From: Alphaproteobacteria bacterium
GTDB lineage: Bacteria; Pseudomonadota; Alphaproteobacteria; Rs-D84; NBLK01
DNA: 51,928 nt
Assembly (NCBI GenBank): GCA_016937865.1
Contig: JAFGVS010000016.1
Location: forward strand, 1 to 51,928
Reading direction: 5' to 3'
The notes beneath the pieces were generated by a model that was not told the DNA's origin, made no database searches, and saw nothing but the letters and a program-made list of their open reading frames with translations. Positions 8,612 through 17,389 of the stretch are shown here, in pieces (position 1 is the first letter of the stretch; each line of letters begins with the position of its first letter). Both the position numbers and the translations under genes were made by a program.

Positions 8612-9184
8612 TTAACTCATCCAATATATGATGATTCCGAGCAAGATGCAACCTAAAATGAAGAAAAATTCTAGTCGTTTTTCAATAAAGGTACGTGCTT
8701 TCTCTCCATATTTAAATAATAACCATGCAATGAGATAAAAACGTAGAAAGCGGCTGATGATAGAAGCCATAATAAAAACAACTGGTTGGGTTTGTACCAT
8801 TCCACTAAATAAGGCAATGACTTTATAAGGGAAAGGGGTTAATCCGGAAATAAATATGAAAAGGGCATCCCATTGTGCATAGATATTTGCGATTTCATTA
8901 AATACAGGCATTAAGTTTAGACTGTTTAAAATTGGGGTGCCGAGTAAAACGAAGAACCATCTTCCAACGGCATATCCTGCTATTCCACCGAGCACCGACC
9001 AAAAACTGGCGACAAAAGCAGCGCGAAAAGAATTTTTAGGCACGGTTAAACAGATTGGGATCAGCAGCATTTCAGAGGGAAAGGGTGAAAAAATGGATCC
9101 AAAAAAGGAGATGATCCCCAGGAAAAAGAGGGCATGTGGCTTTTGGGCATGGGATATAAAAAAATCATAGATTTTTTTAAGCAT
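8612..9184 (-). CDS. YqaA/DedA-family inner membrane protein
   Basis: Multi-pass membrane protein (FFGSIFSPFPSEMLLIP...). The ORF-track start at 9280 runs into repeat copy 2. ATG 9184 (MLKKIYDFF) has AGGAGA upstream. Confidence 0.7.
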   Translation of the reverse strand: MLKKIYDFFISHAQKPHALFFLGIISFFGSIFSPFPSEMLLIPICLTVPKNSFRAAFVASFWSVLGGIAGYAVGRWFFVLLGTPILNSLNLMPVFNEIANIYAQWDALFIFISGLTPFPYKVIALFSGMVQTQPVVFIMASIISRFLRFYLIAWLLFKYGEKARTFIEKRLEFFFILGCILLGIIIYWMS

Positions 9185-9187
9185 CTT

Positions 9188-9335
9188 ATTTCTCCTGGAA
9201 ATGCATTCTGTGGATGCTATATGTGATTTTTCGGACATCATTCGATGTACCTTATGTACATCTTCGTCCTTAAATCGCACCTATTATCTCACATAACCAC
9301 GAACTGTCGTTCGTTTCCATTTCACCTTGTTTTTG
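9188..9335 (+). repeat. Dispersed structured repeat, copy 2 (subfamily A)
   Basis: Aligns with copy 1 over nearly the whole length, including GTGATTTTTCGGACATCATTCGATGTACC..ATGTACATCTTCGTCCTTAAATCGC. Confidence 0.85.
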
Positions 9336-9381
9336 TTTTGAGATTTTCGTTTTTTACTTTTGTTTACAGTTTTTATTTTTC

Positions 9382-9615
9382 TTAATTTTTTGTTGGCATG
9401 TCGCCTTTTGATTCGATGAATTTAAATCGTGGGACGGTTTGACCTTTATATTCTACTGTTTCTAAAAACATGTTTTTTGGACGTGCCCATAGTTTACCAT
9501 CGTGTGTATAGATGACGAATTCTTCCAATGTTTCAGAATGAAACGCGCTGCCAATAACAACACAGTCATGACCTTTGTAATGAAGGTATCTTCCCCACAA
9601 GACAACATCTTCCAT
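9382..9615 (-). CDS. DUF1653-like small protein
   Basis: GRYLHYKG...VIGSAFHSETLEEFVIY...LWARPKNMFLETVE...VPRFKFI matches the remembered DUF1653 pattern. The ATG at 9615 overlaps the bamD stop as TAATG. An alternative ATG lies at 9642. Confidence 0.65.
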   Translation of the reverse strand: MEDVVLWGRYLHYKGHDCVVIGSAFHSETLEEFVIYTHDGKLWARPKNMFLETVEYKGQTVPRFKFIESKGDMPTKN

Positions 9616-10337
9616 TATAGTTCCTTCACTTTTTTTGTCCATTTTGAGTCGGGATGGTTGATTTCCAGCAATTTTTGCATGACGGCGGCTTGGTCTGGCA
9701 AATGGATGGCGGTATAAATTTCAGCCATACGGTAGAGCGCTTCTTCACGCATAATGCTTTTTGGGAAGGTTGTGAGCACCAGTTGAAAGCGTTTTAGTGC
9801 CGCAAGGTGGTTTTCTTCTTTTAGAAGTTTCCGTGCAATAAACATTTCTTTTCCGGCGAGATAATTTTTTAACATGATAATTTTAGCTTCCACATTTTTA
9901 GTATATGGACTTTTGGGAAAGCGTTCTGTTAACAGTTCCATGGTTTTTAAAGCTTCGATTGTTGCGTGTTGTTCCCGACGCACGTCTGAAATTTCATTGT
10001 AATAAATCATCGATTTTAGATATAAAGCATAATCTACATTTTTGTGGGCAGGATGTAATTTTAGAAAATGATCTAAGGCGTCAATCGCCTCGACATGTTT
10101 ATCTCCTTTGAAATAGGCATAGGCCGTCATATACATCCCTTGTGCAGCCATCTCTGATTCAGGGTGTTGGCGTTCGATTTCAGTGAATTCCATGGCGGCG
10201 GCATTCCAATTAGTGTCGTCTAGATATTCTTGTGCCTGAGCATAGATTTCTTCTACGGAACGCTCTTTATATTCTGGGCGATCTGGGCCACAGGCCGTTA
10301 ATAAAATTAAAGAAAGCAGAATTGTTAATTTTTTCAT
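9615..10337 (-). CDS. bamD: Outer membrane protein assembly factor BamD (lipoprotein, TPR)
   Basis: Lipobox LLTAC, TPR-like body, about 240 aa. Confidence 0.85.
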   Translation of the reverse strand: MKKLTILLSLILLTACGPDRPEYKERSVEEIYAQAQEYLDDTNWNAAAMEFTEIERQHPESEMAAQGMYMTAYAYFKGDKHVEAIDALDHFLKLHPAHKNVDYALYLKSMIYYNEISDVRREQHATIEALKTMELLTERFPKSPYTKNVEAKIIMLKNYLAGKEMFIARKLLKEENHLAALKRFQLVLTTFPKSIMREEALYRMAEIYTAIHLPDQAAVMQKLLEINHPDSKWTKKVKEL

Positions 10338-10397
10338 TTGTTTTCCATCCTTGCTTTCGTTAGTATAAGGATTGTATTAAAAAATAAAAGTAAAAAG

Positions 10398-11873
10398 ATG
10401 AGTTTTTTTAAATCTGTTTTTTTAACGTCAGGGTTGACGTTTGCGAGCCGTGTTTTGGCTTTTTTTCGTGATCAGATGCTGGCGTTCTTTTTGGGAACCA
10501 GTGCGTTGGCGGATGCTTTTTTCTTGGCCTTTCGTTTGCCAAATACTTTGCGCTCTATGTTTGCGGAAGGGGCTTTCCAGACGGCCTTTGTGCCTATTTT
10601 GTCTCGTTTAGGTTTAGGAACCGCCCGTGGGCGTGACTTTACAAATCGCATTTTATTCATTCTTTTTGCTATGACGTCTGTGATTGTTGGTTTAGGTGAA
10701 ATTTTTATGCCTGAGATTCTCCATCTTTTTGCACCAACATTTTCGGAAGTCCATTTTGATACAGCTGTTCTTTTAGGTCGCTGGATGTTTCCTTATATCA
10801 TTGTTGTCTCTTTAGTGTCTTATGCCGTGGCGATTTTACAAGTTCAAAAACGTTTCTTTTGGGCCGGGTTGTCTCAGGTTATTTTTAATGCTGGTTTTTT
10901 AGCTTTTATCCCGTTATTTGTTTATTTTACGGAAGATCCGGCTTTGTCAGCGGCTTTATCCGTTATTACAACCGGTGTTTTTCAAGTTTTATTTTATCTT
11001 GTTTTTGTGCGTGTTCACAGTACACTGCCTCGCTCTGTTGTGACACTGCCTCAGACGGTTCGAATCTTTTTTCAAAAGTTTGGTCCAGGGGTGTTTGGGA
11101 GTAGTATTTATTATGTGAATACGCTTATGTCGACTGCTTTTGCCGCTTTGTTTTTAGGGGCGCTTTCAATTATGCATTATGCGACTCGTTTGTTTTTATT
11201 GCCTGTCGGTGTCTTGGGGGTTGCCGTTAATAGTGTCTTATTGCCATTCCTTTCAGAAAGTTTGATCTCTAATCCAAAATACGCTCGTCACTTGTTTGCA
11301 AAGTCTCTTTTAGCCTTACTTTGGCTTGGATTGCCTATTAGTTTAGGTTTTTTCTTTCGGGCAGAGCCTGTTATTTCGTTATTATTTGAACATGGGGCTT
11401 TTGACGCCATTGCGACAATAAAGACAGCAAAGATGTTACAGGTTTTTTCTTTTGCAATTATTCCGATTTTGTTATCGGGTGTTTTTTCGACGTTGTTTTA
11501 TGCTAAAGGGGATACGAAAACACCGGCGAGTTTGAGTGTTTGGTTTTTTGTTGTGCATGTTTTGGCTTTAATTGGATTGACACATTTTTATGGTATGTAT
11601 GGTTTGGCTGGTGCGGTTGTGCTCAGCCAGTGGACACGTTTACTCGTTTTGGCAGGTGTTTGGATAAAAAAATATCAGTTTATGCCTTTTTTCAATATGG
11701 GTTCTTTTCTTAAAATCCTTATTCTAAATATCCTTTTTGGTGTTTTGTTATTTATAACAGTTCGATCCAATTTAGGATGGATGGGCATTATTTTAGATAT
11801 TGGCTTTTTTGGGTTGTTCTATTTTATTCTTTCGTTTGTTTTGGGTTTATTTGGACTTTTAAAGAAAGCGTAG
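10398..11873 (+). CDS. murJ: Lipid II flippase MurJ (MviN)
   Basis: GLTFASRVLAFFRDQMLAFFLGTSALADAFFLAFRLPN... N-terminus and a polytopic body. The ORF-track start 10338 is a TTG. ATG 10398 fits the family N-terminus. Confidence 0.9.
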   Translation: MSFFKSVFLTSGLTFASRVLAFFRDQMLAFFLGTSALADAFFLAFRLPNTLRSMFAEGAFQTAFVPILSRLGLGTARGRDFTNRILFILFAMTSVIVGLGEIFMPEILHLFAPTFSEVHFDTAVLLGRWMFPYIIVVSLVSYAVAILQVQKRFFWAGLSQVIFNAGFLAFIPLFVYFTEDPALSAALSVITTGVFQVLFYLVFVRVHSTLPRSVVTLPQTVRIFFQKFGPGVFGSSIYYVNTLMSTAFAALFLGALSIMHYATRLFLLPVGVLGVAVNSVLLPFLSESLISNPKYARHLFAKSLLALLWLGLPISLGFFFRAEPVISLLFEHGAFDAIATIKTAKMLQVFSFAIIPILLSGVFSTLFYAKGDTKTPASLSVWFFVVHVLALIGLTHFYGMYGLAGAVVLSQWTRLLVLAGVWIKKYQFMPFFNMGSFLKILILNILFGVLLFITVRSNLGWMGIILDIGFFGLFYFILSFVLGLFGLLKKA

Positions 11874-11891
11874 CTCGCGTTGCTTTTCTGA

Positions 11892-11920
11892 TTGACTCTG
11901 TGAATTTATGTCTTTATAAT
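11892..11920 (+). promoter_or_regulatory. Consensus sigma70 promoter for rplU-rpmA
   Basis: TTGACT, 17 nt spacer, TATAAT. Confidence 0.65.
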
Positions 11921-11959
11921 GCTGGTGCTTTGAAATAAATAATCTTTAAGGATATAGAC

Positions 11960-12253
11960 ATGTTTGCAGTTTTTACATCAGGTGGAAAACAATTAAAAGT
12001 TCAAGAAGGTGACATTGTCGCCGTCGAAAAATTAGGCGATCAAAAAGAGGTCGTTTTCGATAAAGTTTTAATGGTTGGAGACAAAATTGGCGCCCCTTAT
12101 ATTGAAGGCGCAACGGTTAAAGCCTCTGTTTTGGAGACAAAATTGGATGATAAGGTGATTATTTTCAAAAAGAAAAAACGTCAAAATTATCGTCGTAAAA
12201 TTGGACACCGTCAACCAATCACCGTTGTGAAAATTACAGAAATTAAAGGATAA
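11960..12253 (+). CDS. rplU: 50S ribosomal protein L21
   Basis: MFAVFTSGGKQLKV.EGD... signature, followed by rpmA. Confidence 0.95.
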   Translation: MFAVFTSGGKQLKVQEGDIVAVEKLGDQKEVVFDKVLMVGDKIGAPYIEGATVKASVLETKLDDKVIIFKKKKRQNYRRKIGHRQPITVVKITEIKG

Positions 12254-12259
12254 TGAGAT

Positions 12260-12508
12260 ATGGCACATAAGAAAGCAGCCTCTGGATCAAGAAATGGTCG
12301 CGACTCCGCTGGACGTCGATTAGGTGTAAAAATCTTTGGCAATCAAGCCGCAAAAGCTGGAAATATTATTGTGCGTCAACGTGGTACGAAATTCCATGCT
12401 GGTGCAAATGTTGGTATGGGAAAAGACCATACGCTTTTTGCTTTGATGGATGGTACCGTTACTTTTGTGCGCAAACGGAATAACCGTAAATATATTGATG
12501 TGAATTAA
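12260..12508 (+). CDS. rpmA: 50S ribosomal protein L27
   Basis: [23 protein letters not shown]...[22 protein letters not shown]. Confidence 0.95.
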   Translation: MAHKKAASGSRNGRDSAGRRLGVKIFGNQAAKAGNIIVRQRGTKFHAGANVGMGKDHTLFALMDGTVTFVRKRNNRKYIDVN

Positions 12509-12527
12509 TCAAAAAAGTTTCATGATA

Positions 12528-12559
12528 GAAAAAAATCCCGCAATTGCGGGATTTTTTTT
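12528..12559. terminator. Bidirectional terminator with the same ATCCCGCAATTGCGGGAT palindrome
   Basis: Core at 12535-12552 is identical to 4941-4958. The T-run overlaps the stop codon of the convergent gene, as at 4963. Confidence 0.75.
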
Positions 12560-13220
12560 ATTCTGCTCTAAACCATAATCGGTTGATATAAATCCTCATT
12601 TTTTCGTGCGCTTCTTCATTTGAAATCTTTTTCTCCTTTATTTCTGTGAATACTTGTGTCAGCTGTTTTTCAATTTCATTTTTTTCTTTTGACTCTAAGG
12701 TGCGGACATTTTTTTCGGTATATGTTATCATTACTTTTGTCATTTCTGCCGGGGTTTTCGCATTGGTCATTCCCATAAAAAGAGAGCTAAATTGTGCAAA
12801 TACAAAGATGAAAAAAACCATAATTAATGATGGGATGACAATGGCGGCTTTTCGGGTGCCTCCTTTTTCTTTTAAGAGCTCAAGTCGTGCTGCTTTGTCT
12901 TTGACGCGTGCTTCAATTTCTTTTTTTGTTTTTTTATAACGATTGTATAAAATCATTGGAATTCCAACTGTTCCCAAGATTGTTGAGATGATTATTTTTG
13001 TTTCTGGCTCAATAGGTATTAAGAAAAATACCGCGAACCAGATAGAGGCTTCTAAAAAGGCTCGACGGTACCATAAATACCAAAAACCAAATAAGAATGC
13101 CGGCCATAAGAAAATAAAAGATTTTGGGTTTTTATCATATTTTTTGAAAATTTTTTCAAATGATTGTGCTTTTTTAGAATCGCCAATATAGGCAGATAAA
13201 GCTTCTTTTTCGTAAGACAT
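12558..13220 (-). CDS. DUF2628-like membrane protein
   Basis: FIFLWPAFLFGFWYLWYRRAFLEA resembles the DUF2628 core. Extra TM segments and a K/E-rich C-terminus are present. Confidence 0.5.
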   Translation of the reverse strand: MSYEKEALSAYIGDSKKAQSFEKIFKKYDKNPKSFIFLWPAFLFGFWYLWYRRAFLEASIWFAVFFLIPIEPETKIIISTILGTVGIPMILYNRYKKTKKEIEARVKDKAARLELLKEKGGTRKAAIVIPSLIMVFFIFVFAQFSSLFMGMTNAKTPAEMTKVMITYTEKNVRTLESKEKNEIEKQLTQVFTEIKEKKISNEEAHEKMRIYINRLWFRAE

Positions 13221-13266
13221 AGTCTCTCCTTGCGTTTTATTTGTTTGATGTTTAGTTTAGCATGAT

Positions 13267-14235
13267 ATGGGGAAGATTTCAAAACCTTTATTATTTTGGT
13301 ATTATAATTCTGCACGGGATTTGCCTTGGCGTGTCGTTAAGGACTTGCATCCTAATCCTTATTTTGTTTGGGTCAGTGAAGTTATGCTCCAACAAACTGG
13401 TGTGAAGACGGTTATTCCTTATTTTCAACGTTTTATTCAGGCTTTTCCGACCGTTGATGTCTTGGCGAAAGCAAATCAGGATCAAGTCTTGTCGCTTTGG
13501 CAAGGATTGGGGTATTATTCGCGGGCTCGTAATTTGCATGCGGGGGCAAAGCAAATTGTTGCGATGGGTGAATTTCCACAAACGGCCATTGAACTTTTGA
13601 AAATTAAAGGGATTGGCCCATACACATCGGCAGCCATTGGCTCTATTTCATTTGGGGAGACCATTCCGGTGGTCGATGGTAATGTAAAGCGGGTGTTTTC
13701 CAGATTGTTTTGTTTAGAAGAAAAAGGGCAGGCGTTGCATGACCGGGCTTTTGAATTGTCTTTGGCGGAAATTGAATCTTCCCCTGGGGACTATAATTCT
13801 GCCTTGATGGATTTGGGTGCGACGGTGTGTTCTCCGCGTAATCCGCAATGTGAGATATGTCCTTTAAAACTAAATTGTTGTGCGTTTAAAGCTGGATGTG
13901 TGTTGGACTATCCGAAAAAAATAGAGAAAAAACCAATGCCGACGAAATATGGGATCGTGGCTTGGGTGGAAAAAGACGGTGAGCTACTTATTCGAAAACG
14001 GGAACAAGGTATTTTAAAAGGATTATATGAATTACCTTGGGATGAGGTTGAAAAGACAGATTATGATAAAATTGATTCTGATTTTGTAAAACATACCTTT
14101 ACGCATTTTCATCTCTATTTAAAAATTGTTCGAACGAAGAAAATCCAGGAAGGGCAATTCATTCTTTTTGAAAGTTTGAAGGATTATCCATTTTCAACTT
14201 TGATGAAGAAAATACTTAAGAAATTTAGATTATAA
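13267..14235 (+). CDS. mutY: A/G-specific adenine DNA glycosylase MutY
   Basis: LPWR...PY.VWVSEVMLQQT, GLGYYSRARNLH, the 4Fe-4S cluster C.PR.P.C..CP....C, and a NUDIX-like C-terminal domain. Confidence 0.9.
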   Translation: MGKISKPLLFWYYNSARDLPWRVVKDLHPNPYFVWVSEVMLQQTGVKTVIPYFQRFIQAFPTVDVLAKANQDQVLSLWQGLGYYSRARNLHAGAKQIVAMGEFPQTAIELLKIKGIGPYTSAAIGSISFGETIPVVDGNVKRVFSRLFCLEEKGQALHDRAFELSLAEIESSPGDYNSALMDLGATVCSPRNPQCEICPLKLNCCAFKAGCVLDYPKKIEKKPMPTKYGIVAWVEKDGELLIRKREQGILKGLYELPWDEVEKTDYDKIDSDFVKHTFTHFHLYLKIVRTKKIQEGQFILFESLKDYPFSTLMKKILKKFRL

Positions 14236-14263
14236 AAAAACCTCGGAAAGATCCGAGGTTTTT
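14234..14263. terminator. Bidirectional terminator between mutY and pal
   Basis: aacctcgga-aaga-tccgaggtt flanked by A and T runs. Confidence 0.7.
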
Positions 14264-14281
14264 AATTCTGTGTCAAAAAGA

Positions 14282-14743
14282 TTATTTTGCAACAACAGTG
14301 ATAGAGCGACGGTTCATAGCCCATGCTTCTTCATTGTGTTCTGCAACTTCTGGACGTGTTTCACCGTATGAAACAGTTTTGATGCGTGATGCTTCAACGC
14401 CACGTTCCATTAGGAAGTCTTTAACAGCGTTTGCACGACGTGATCCAAGACCTTGGTTATATGCGTTTGTTCCGCGTTCGTCACAATGACCTTCAACTGT
14501 AACATTCACATCTTTGTACATATTTAACCATTCAGCTTGAACTGATAGTTTGTCTTGTGCTTCTTGTTTTAGATCGTACATGTTGAAGTCAAAATATACT
14601 TTTGCGCCAACACGAGCTGCGAAGTCTTCTGCTGTTCCTGGTGTAACGCCATCAACTGGATCACCTAGAGATGTGCTATCTCCGGCACAAGCTGCTAGCA
14701 TTGCTGACATTGCAACAACAGTAAGAAATTTAAGTGCTTTCAT
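14282..14743 (-). CDS. pal: Peptidoglycan-associated lipoprotein Pal (OmpA family)
   Basis: Lipobox MLAAC. VTVEGHCDERGTNAYNQGLGSRRANAV OmpA-like motif. The ORF-track start 14848 is an upstream extension. ATG 14743 has AAAGGA upstream. Confidence 0.9.
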   Translation of the reverse strand: MKALKFLTVVAMSAMLAACAGDSTSLGDPVDGVTPGTAEDFAARVGAKVYFDFNMYDLKQEAQDKLSVQAEWLNMYKDVNVTVEGHCDERGTNAYNQGLGSRRANAVKDFLMERGVEASRIKTVSYGETRPEVAEHNEEAWAMNRRSITVVAK

Positions 14744-14812
14744 TTTATATCCTTTAATTTTTCCGCAATTCAATCTGCGATTCTTGCCTATTCTACTTGC
14801 TTTTTTTCGGAA

Positions 14813-15547
14813 ATGCAATACAATTCCTGGATGAGTGATAAAAAACATACGGCTTTCTTAAATTTTCTTTCAGAGTCAGGTGTTTCAGATTTGCAGACTG
14901 AAGTTCCGATTCCTTTGAATACTTGGGGAAAAGCAAAACCAACCCCCGTTTTGTCTCATATTTCTGTGGCAAAAGAACCTGTTTCTTCTTTGACTTTTGA
15001 ATCTCTCGATGACATTAAGCAGGCTTTAGAGACCTTTGACAAATGTGGGTTAAAAAAATATGCAAAACACACGATTGTTGGGGAAGGTATTACAGATCAG
15101 CCTCTTGTTATGTGTATTGGTGAAGCACCGGAAGCAGATGAAGATCGTTTGGGACGTCCTTTTGTTGGAGAGGCAGGACAATTATTAGATAAAATGTTGG
15201 CTGCAATTGGGCTTTCACGTGAAACAAATACCTATGTTACAAATGTTATTCCATGGCGCCCGCCGGGTAATCGTCCCCCAACGGAAGAAGAAATAGCGCT
15301 ATGCAAACCTTTTTTAATGCGTCAGATTGAATTAATTAAACCTAAATTTATATTGCTTTTAGGTGGTGCTCCGGCGCATGCGTTGACAGAGCGGACAGAC
15401 GGGATTACGCGTTTAAGGGGTGGTTGGTTGAGTGTTTGTGATATTCCGTCGCTGCCGACATTTCATCCATCTTATCTTTTGCGAACCCCTGTGAAGAAAA
15501 AAGAAGCGTGGGCTGACCTATTATCCTTACAAAACCGGATACACTAA
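14813..15547 (+). CDS. Uracil-DNA glycosylase, family 4
   Basis: IGEAPEADEDRLGRPFVGEAGQLLDKML (motif A GEAPG-like) and FHPSYLLR (motif B). An alternative ATG lies at 14831. Confidence 0.8.
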   Translation: MQYNSWMSDKKHTAFLNFLSESGVSDLQTEVPIPLNTWGKAKPTPVLSHISVAKEPVSSLTFESLDDIKQALETFDKCGLKKYAKHTIVGEGITDQPLVMCIGEAPEADEDRLGRPFVGEAGQLLDKMLAAIGLSRETNTYVTNVIPWRPPGNRPPTEEEIALCKPFLMRQIELIKPKFILLLGGAPAHALTERTDGITRLRGGWLSVCDIPSLPTFHPSYLLRTPVKKKEAWADLLSLQNRIH

Positions 15548-15571
15548 TTTTCTGAAAAATCATTTTTTTAC

Positions 15572-15600
15572 TTGACTCTGGTGGGTATTTCCGCCAAACT
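15572..15600 (+). promoter_or_regulatory. Putative promoter for rplM-rpsI
   Basis: TTGACTCT -35 motif shared with three other r-protein promoters. The -10 (CAAACT at 17-nt spacing) is weak. Confidence 0.35.
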
Positions 15601-15633
15601 CGCGGTGCTTTATGTAAATAACAAGGAATAGAA

Positions 15634-16113
15634 ATGAAAACTTTTTTGAAAACTTTTTCAGCAAAACCAACGGATTGCGACGGAAAATGGTGGATTATTG
15701 ACGCAACAGATTTAACGCTGGGTCGTTTATCTTCATTTGTTGCAACATACCTACGTGGAAAACATAAACCAATTTATACACCAAGTATGAATTGCGGTGA
15801 TCATGTTGTAATTATTAATGCTGAAAAAATTGGATTGAGTGGAAATCGTAAATTGACAGATAAAACATATTATCGTCATACAGGACATCCAGGTGGAATT
15901 AAAGAGACAACGCCTGAAAAGATTTTAGATGGTGCACATCCAGAGCGTGTTATCGAAATGGCTATTAAACGCATGATCCCAAGTTCACCACTTGGTAAAG
16001 ATCAATTAAGAAAACTTCATGTTTATGCTGGGGATACACATCCACATATGGGACAAAACCCAACATTGATTGATTTTGGGTCACACAATATTAAAAACAT
16101 ACGGAGAAAATAA
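15634..16113 (+). CDS. rplM: 50S ribosomal protein L13
   Basis: W..IDA....LGRL.S.VA..LRGKHKP.YTP..D.GD.V.I.NA signature. Confidence 0.95.
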   Translation: MKTFLKTFSAKPTDCDGKWWIIDATDLTLGRLSSFVATYLRGKHKPIYTPSMNCGDHVVIINAEKIGLSGNRKLTDKTYYRHTGHPGGIKETTPEKILDGAHPERVIEMAIKRMIPSSPLGKDQLRKLHVYAGDTHPHMGQNPTLIDFGSHNIKNIRRK

Positions 16114-16115
16114 GC

Positions 16116-16553
16116 ATGACAGAACAAGTTCAAGCTACAGAAGTTAAGGTTGCTAAAGTTGATAAACTAGGCCGTACGTATTCAACAGGAAAACGTAAAG
16201 AATCTGTTGCACGTGTTTGGATTAAACCAGGAAATGGTGATATTAAAGTTAACGGCAAAAAGATGACGGAATATTTTCAACGTGCGACTTTGCAAATGAT
16301 GGTTAATCAACCTTTTGGCATTGTTGAAAAAGCTGGAAAATATGATGTTATGGCGACTGTTTGCGGTGGCGGATTAACAGGTCAAGCCTCAGCGATTAAA
16401 CACGGTATTAGTAAAGCGCTTACTTTGAGCGATGAAACAATGCGTCCTGCTTTGAAAAAAGAAGGTTTCTTAACACGCGATTCACGTACGGTTGAACGTA
16501 AAAAACCAGGTCAACCTAAGGCGCGTAAGTCTTTCCAATTCTCAAAACGATAA
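16116..16553 (+). CDS. rpsI: 30S ribosomal protein S9
   Basis: [11 protein letters not shown]...GGG..GQA.A..HGI..AL and a C-terminal RKK.G..KARK..QFSKR. Confidence 0.95.
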   Translation: MTEQVQATEVKVAKVDKLGRTYSTGKRKESVARVWIKPGNGDIKVNGKKMTEYFQRATLQMMVNQPFGIVEKAGKYDVMATVCGGGLTGQASAIKHGISKALTLSDETMRPALKKEGFLTRDSRTVERKKPGQPKARKSFQFSKR

Positions 16554-16574
16554 GAGATTTGAAATTATTTATAA

Positions 16575-16607
16575 AAAAAGAGTGGAATATATCCACTCTT
16601 TTTTTAT
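16575..16607 (+). terminator. Rho-independent terminator after rpsI
   Basis: aaaaagagtgga-atata-tccactcttttt. Confidence 0.75.
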
Positions 16608-16616
16608 TAATAATCT

Positions 16617-16760
16617 TTCCGTATTCTGTGGGAAATTAATCCTGGCTGTGTAAATTGCCGTTACGCGGACATCATTCGATGTACCCCAACGTACATCTTC
16701 GTCCTAAAACGACAATATCCCCTGGTCATCACCACTACGTTTTAATTTCGTTGTGTTGCG
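16617..16760 (+). repeat. Dispersed structured repeat, copy 3 (subfamily B)
   Basis: TTCCGTATTCTGTGGGAAATTAAT...GCCGTTACGCGGACATCATTCGATGTACCCCAACGTACATCTTCGTCCTAAAACGAC...TTTTAATTTCGTTGTGTTGCG. Confidence 0.85.
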
Positions 16761-16775
16761 AGTTTTTCTTTTTGA

Positions 16776-17315
16776 CTAGTTGTTTTTTTGTTTCGTACTT
16801 TTTATAGTAGAGGTATTATTGGATATAATATCAACCTTTAATGAGTTGTTGTTTTCCAGTAAGTTAATAAGTAATTCATTTATATGATATTGTTTGTTTT
16901 CTCTTTCTGCCCAGCCTTGTGGAGCATAGCCTCCACTCATAATGTCTGTTTGTTCTATATTTTTAAAACCAAGGCATTTTCCAACTTCACTTAATAATTT
17001 TGTTGTTAATATGTCCCATTCATAAGTTATTTGATATTTTTCTTCATCATTATGCCATCTTTTTATTAAACTTTCATATAATCTTTTCCACGCAGAAATT
17101 ACACTTTTGTCATCATAGAACTCAACCTCAATTAAGTTGAGGGCTGCCACAAAATCAAAAGATAGCTTATTTCTTCTATCTCTCATTAAAGCTCTAAAAA
17201 TCTGCAATCGCATATCTTTTTTACTTCTTCTATTATCAAGCCAACGAGTAATTATAACTGCTAAAATTGGCCCAACAATAACAGCAGCAGTCATTATTAT
17301 GTTTTCATTTGTCAT
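16776..17315 (-). CDS. Hypothetical N-terminally anchored protein (179 aa), very AT-rich
   Basis: ORF with one N-terminal TM (AAVIVGPILAVIITRWL). No family recognised with confidence. Confidence 0.55.
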   Translation of the reverse strand: MTNENIIMTAAVIVGPILAVIITRWLDNRRSKKDMRLQIFRALMRDRRNKLSFDFVAALNLIEVEFYDDKSVISAWKRLYESLIKRWHNDEEKYQITYEWDILTTKLLSEVGKCLGFKNIEQTDIMSGGYAPQGWAERENKQYHINELLINLLENNNSLKVDIISNNTSTIKSTKQKNN

Positions 17316-17389
17316 TTTTTATCCTTTTTGTTTTTCAACCTATGGTAGATGCCTTTTGTTATTTAAGCAAGTTTTTGTTTCTTCTTATT

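Noticed and set aside
9185-9280. Apparent conserved peptide VHRMMSEKS encoded by the repeats. It appears as N-terminal extensions of ORFs 8612..9280 and 2090..2356, with a related one in 18417..18605.
   Set aside because: The frame is closed by a stop in copy 3 (ATG TAC GTT GGG GTA CAT CGA ATG ATG TCC GCG TAA). Conservation follows the hairpin rather than codon positions, so the element is treated as non-coding.
10338-10397. Upstream extensions of murJ (10338), pal (14848), miaB (5856), the 28320 lipoprotein, 40106, 47110 and 48188 given by the ORF track.
   Set aside because: The extensions start at TTG or GTG, or precede clear signal peptides or family N-termini. They lack an RBS, overlap promoters or neighbouring genes, and internal ATGs with an SD fit better.
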